From positions 1 to 60,289 of the forward strand of contig JAUZRJ010000024.1 of NCBI GenBank assembly GCA_030950545.1: a stretch of DNA of 60,289 bases. Reading direction: 5' to 3'. Below the pieces are notes generated by a model. That model made no database searches. It was not told where the DNA came from and saw only the letters and a list, made by a program, of their open reading frames with translations. The position numbers and the translations under genes were made by a program. This document shows positions 60,075 through 60,289 of the stretch, piece by piece. Each line of letters starts with the position of its first letter. Position 1 is the stretch's first letter. The DNA comes from Aquificota bacterium (GTDB taxonomy: Bacteria > Aquificota > Aquificia > Aquificales > Aquificaceae).

Positions 60075-60114
60075 CTGTTATAAAGATTTACAGCTGTTAA
60101 ATCCGTTAACAGCT
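60075..60114. promoter_or_regulatory. Tandem CTGT-N11-ACAG sites (candidate enhancer for a sigma54 activator)
   Basis: CTGTTATAAAGATTTACAG (60075-60093) and AGCTGTTAA-ATCCG-TTAACAGCT (60092-60114). Confidence 0.55.
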
Positions 60115-60172
60115 CCCGTGGAGGTTGCTTTGCAAAGTTCTGCTCCTTCAGTGTTTTCGGGTCCGCGGTTTT

Positions 60173-60188
60173 TGGCATGATCTTTGCT
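60173..60188 (+). promoter_or_regulatory. sigma54 -24/-12 promoter
   Basis: TGGCATGATCTTTGCT, i.e. GG-N10-GC, close to TGGCACG-N4-TTGCW. Confidence 0.75.
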
Positions 60189-60202
60189 CATTGTAAAACG
60201 GG

Positions 60203-60289
60203 ATGCTGGGGAGGTTTCTGGTAGGACTTCTCGGAACGCTGGTTTTCACCTTTTCCCAAGAGATCGCCGCTGTGGTGATAACAGAAGAT
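60203..60289 (+). CDS. 5' end of a probable exported protein (truncated by the window edge)
   Basis: MLGRFLVGLLGTLVFTFSQEIAAVVITED, open to the edge; signal-peptide-like; directly after the sigma54 promoter. Confidence 0.55.
   Translation, partial: MLGRFLVGLLGTLVFTFSQEIAAVVITED

Noticed and set aside
59847-60083. 78-aa ORF across the tRNA
   Set aside because: It is a translation of the tRNA-Glu gene and its promoter.
59992-60289. tRNA-Glu as an integration site
   Set aside because: No integrase or duplicated tRNA 3' end within the window.

Overview
Gene-dense chromosomal window (about 55% GC by eye), most likely from an Aquificaceae bacterium (Aquifex/Hydrogenivirga-like); this is inferred from gene content and order. 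From left to right it holds: two heme-copper oxidase operons (B-family ba3 with an unlisted 38-aa subunit IIa, and A2-family aa3), each with its own SCO chaperone, divergent from sqr-tetR; moaAE; pilT-pilC; housekeeping genes; the five-subunit pyruvate:ferredoxin oxidoreductase porEDABG of the rTCA cycle; ahpC with an atypical thioredoxin reductase; nadB, holB, serA, copA, coaE, aroD, thiD, bamA and clpC. A block of about 16 kb (40.4-56.4 kb) follows. It carries a fully cytoplasmic F9/DosM-type chemosensory operon between a membrane GGDEF-EAL gene and a globin-coupled GGDEF-EAL gene, and is bracketed by two paralogous ribbon-helix-helix-like genes with similar phased upstream repeats. The window ends with trxB, lolD/lolE, a PilZ gene, tRNA-Glu and a sigma54 promoter with tandem enhancer-like sites. 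The main leads are the RHH-bracketed O2/c-di-GMP chemosensory module, a shared TetR-like operator linking sqr and the ba3 oxidase, a candidate ferredoxin-dependent thioredoxin reductase, and widespread leaderless or bidirectional promoters. No CRISPR array, rRNA or transposase was seen.
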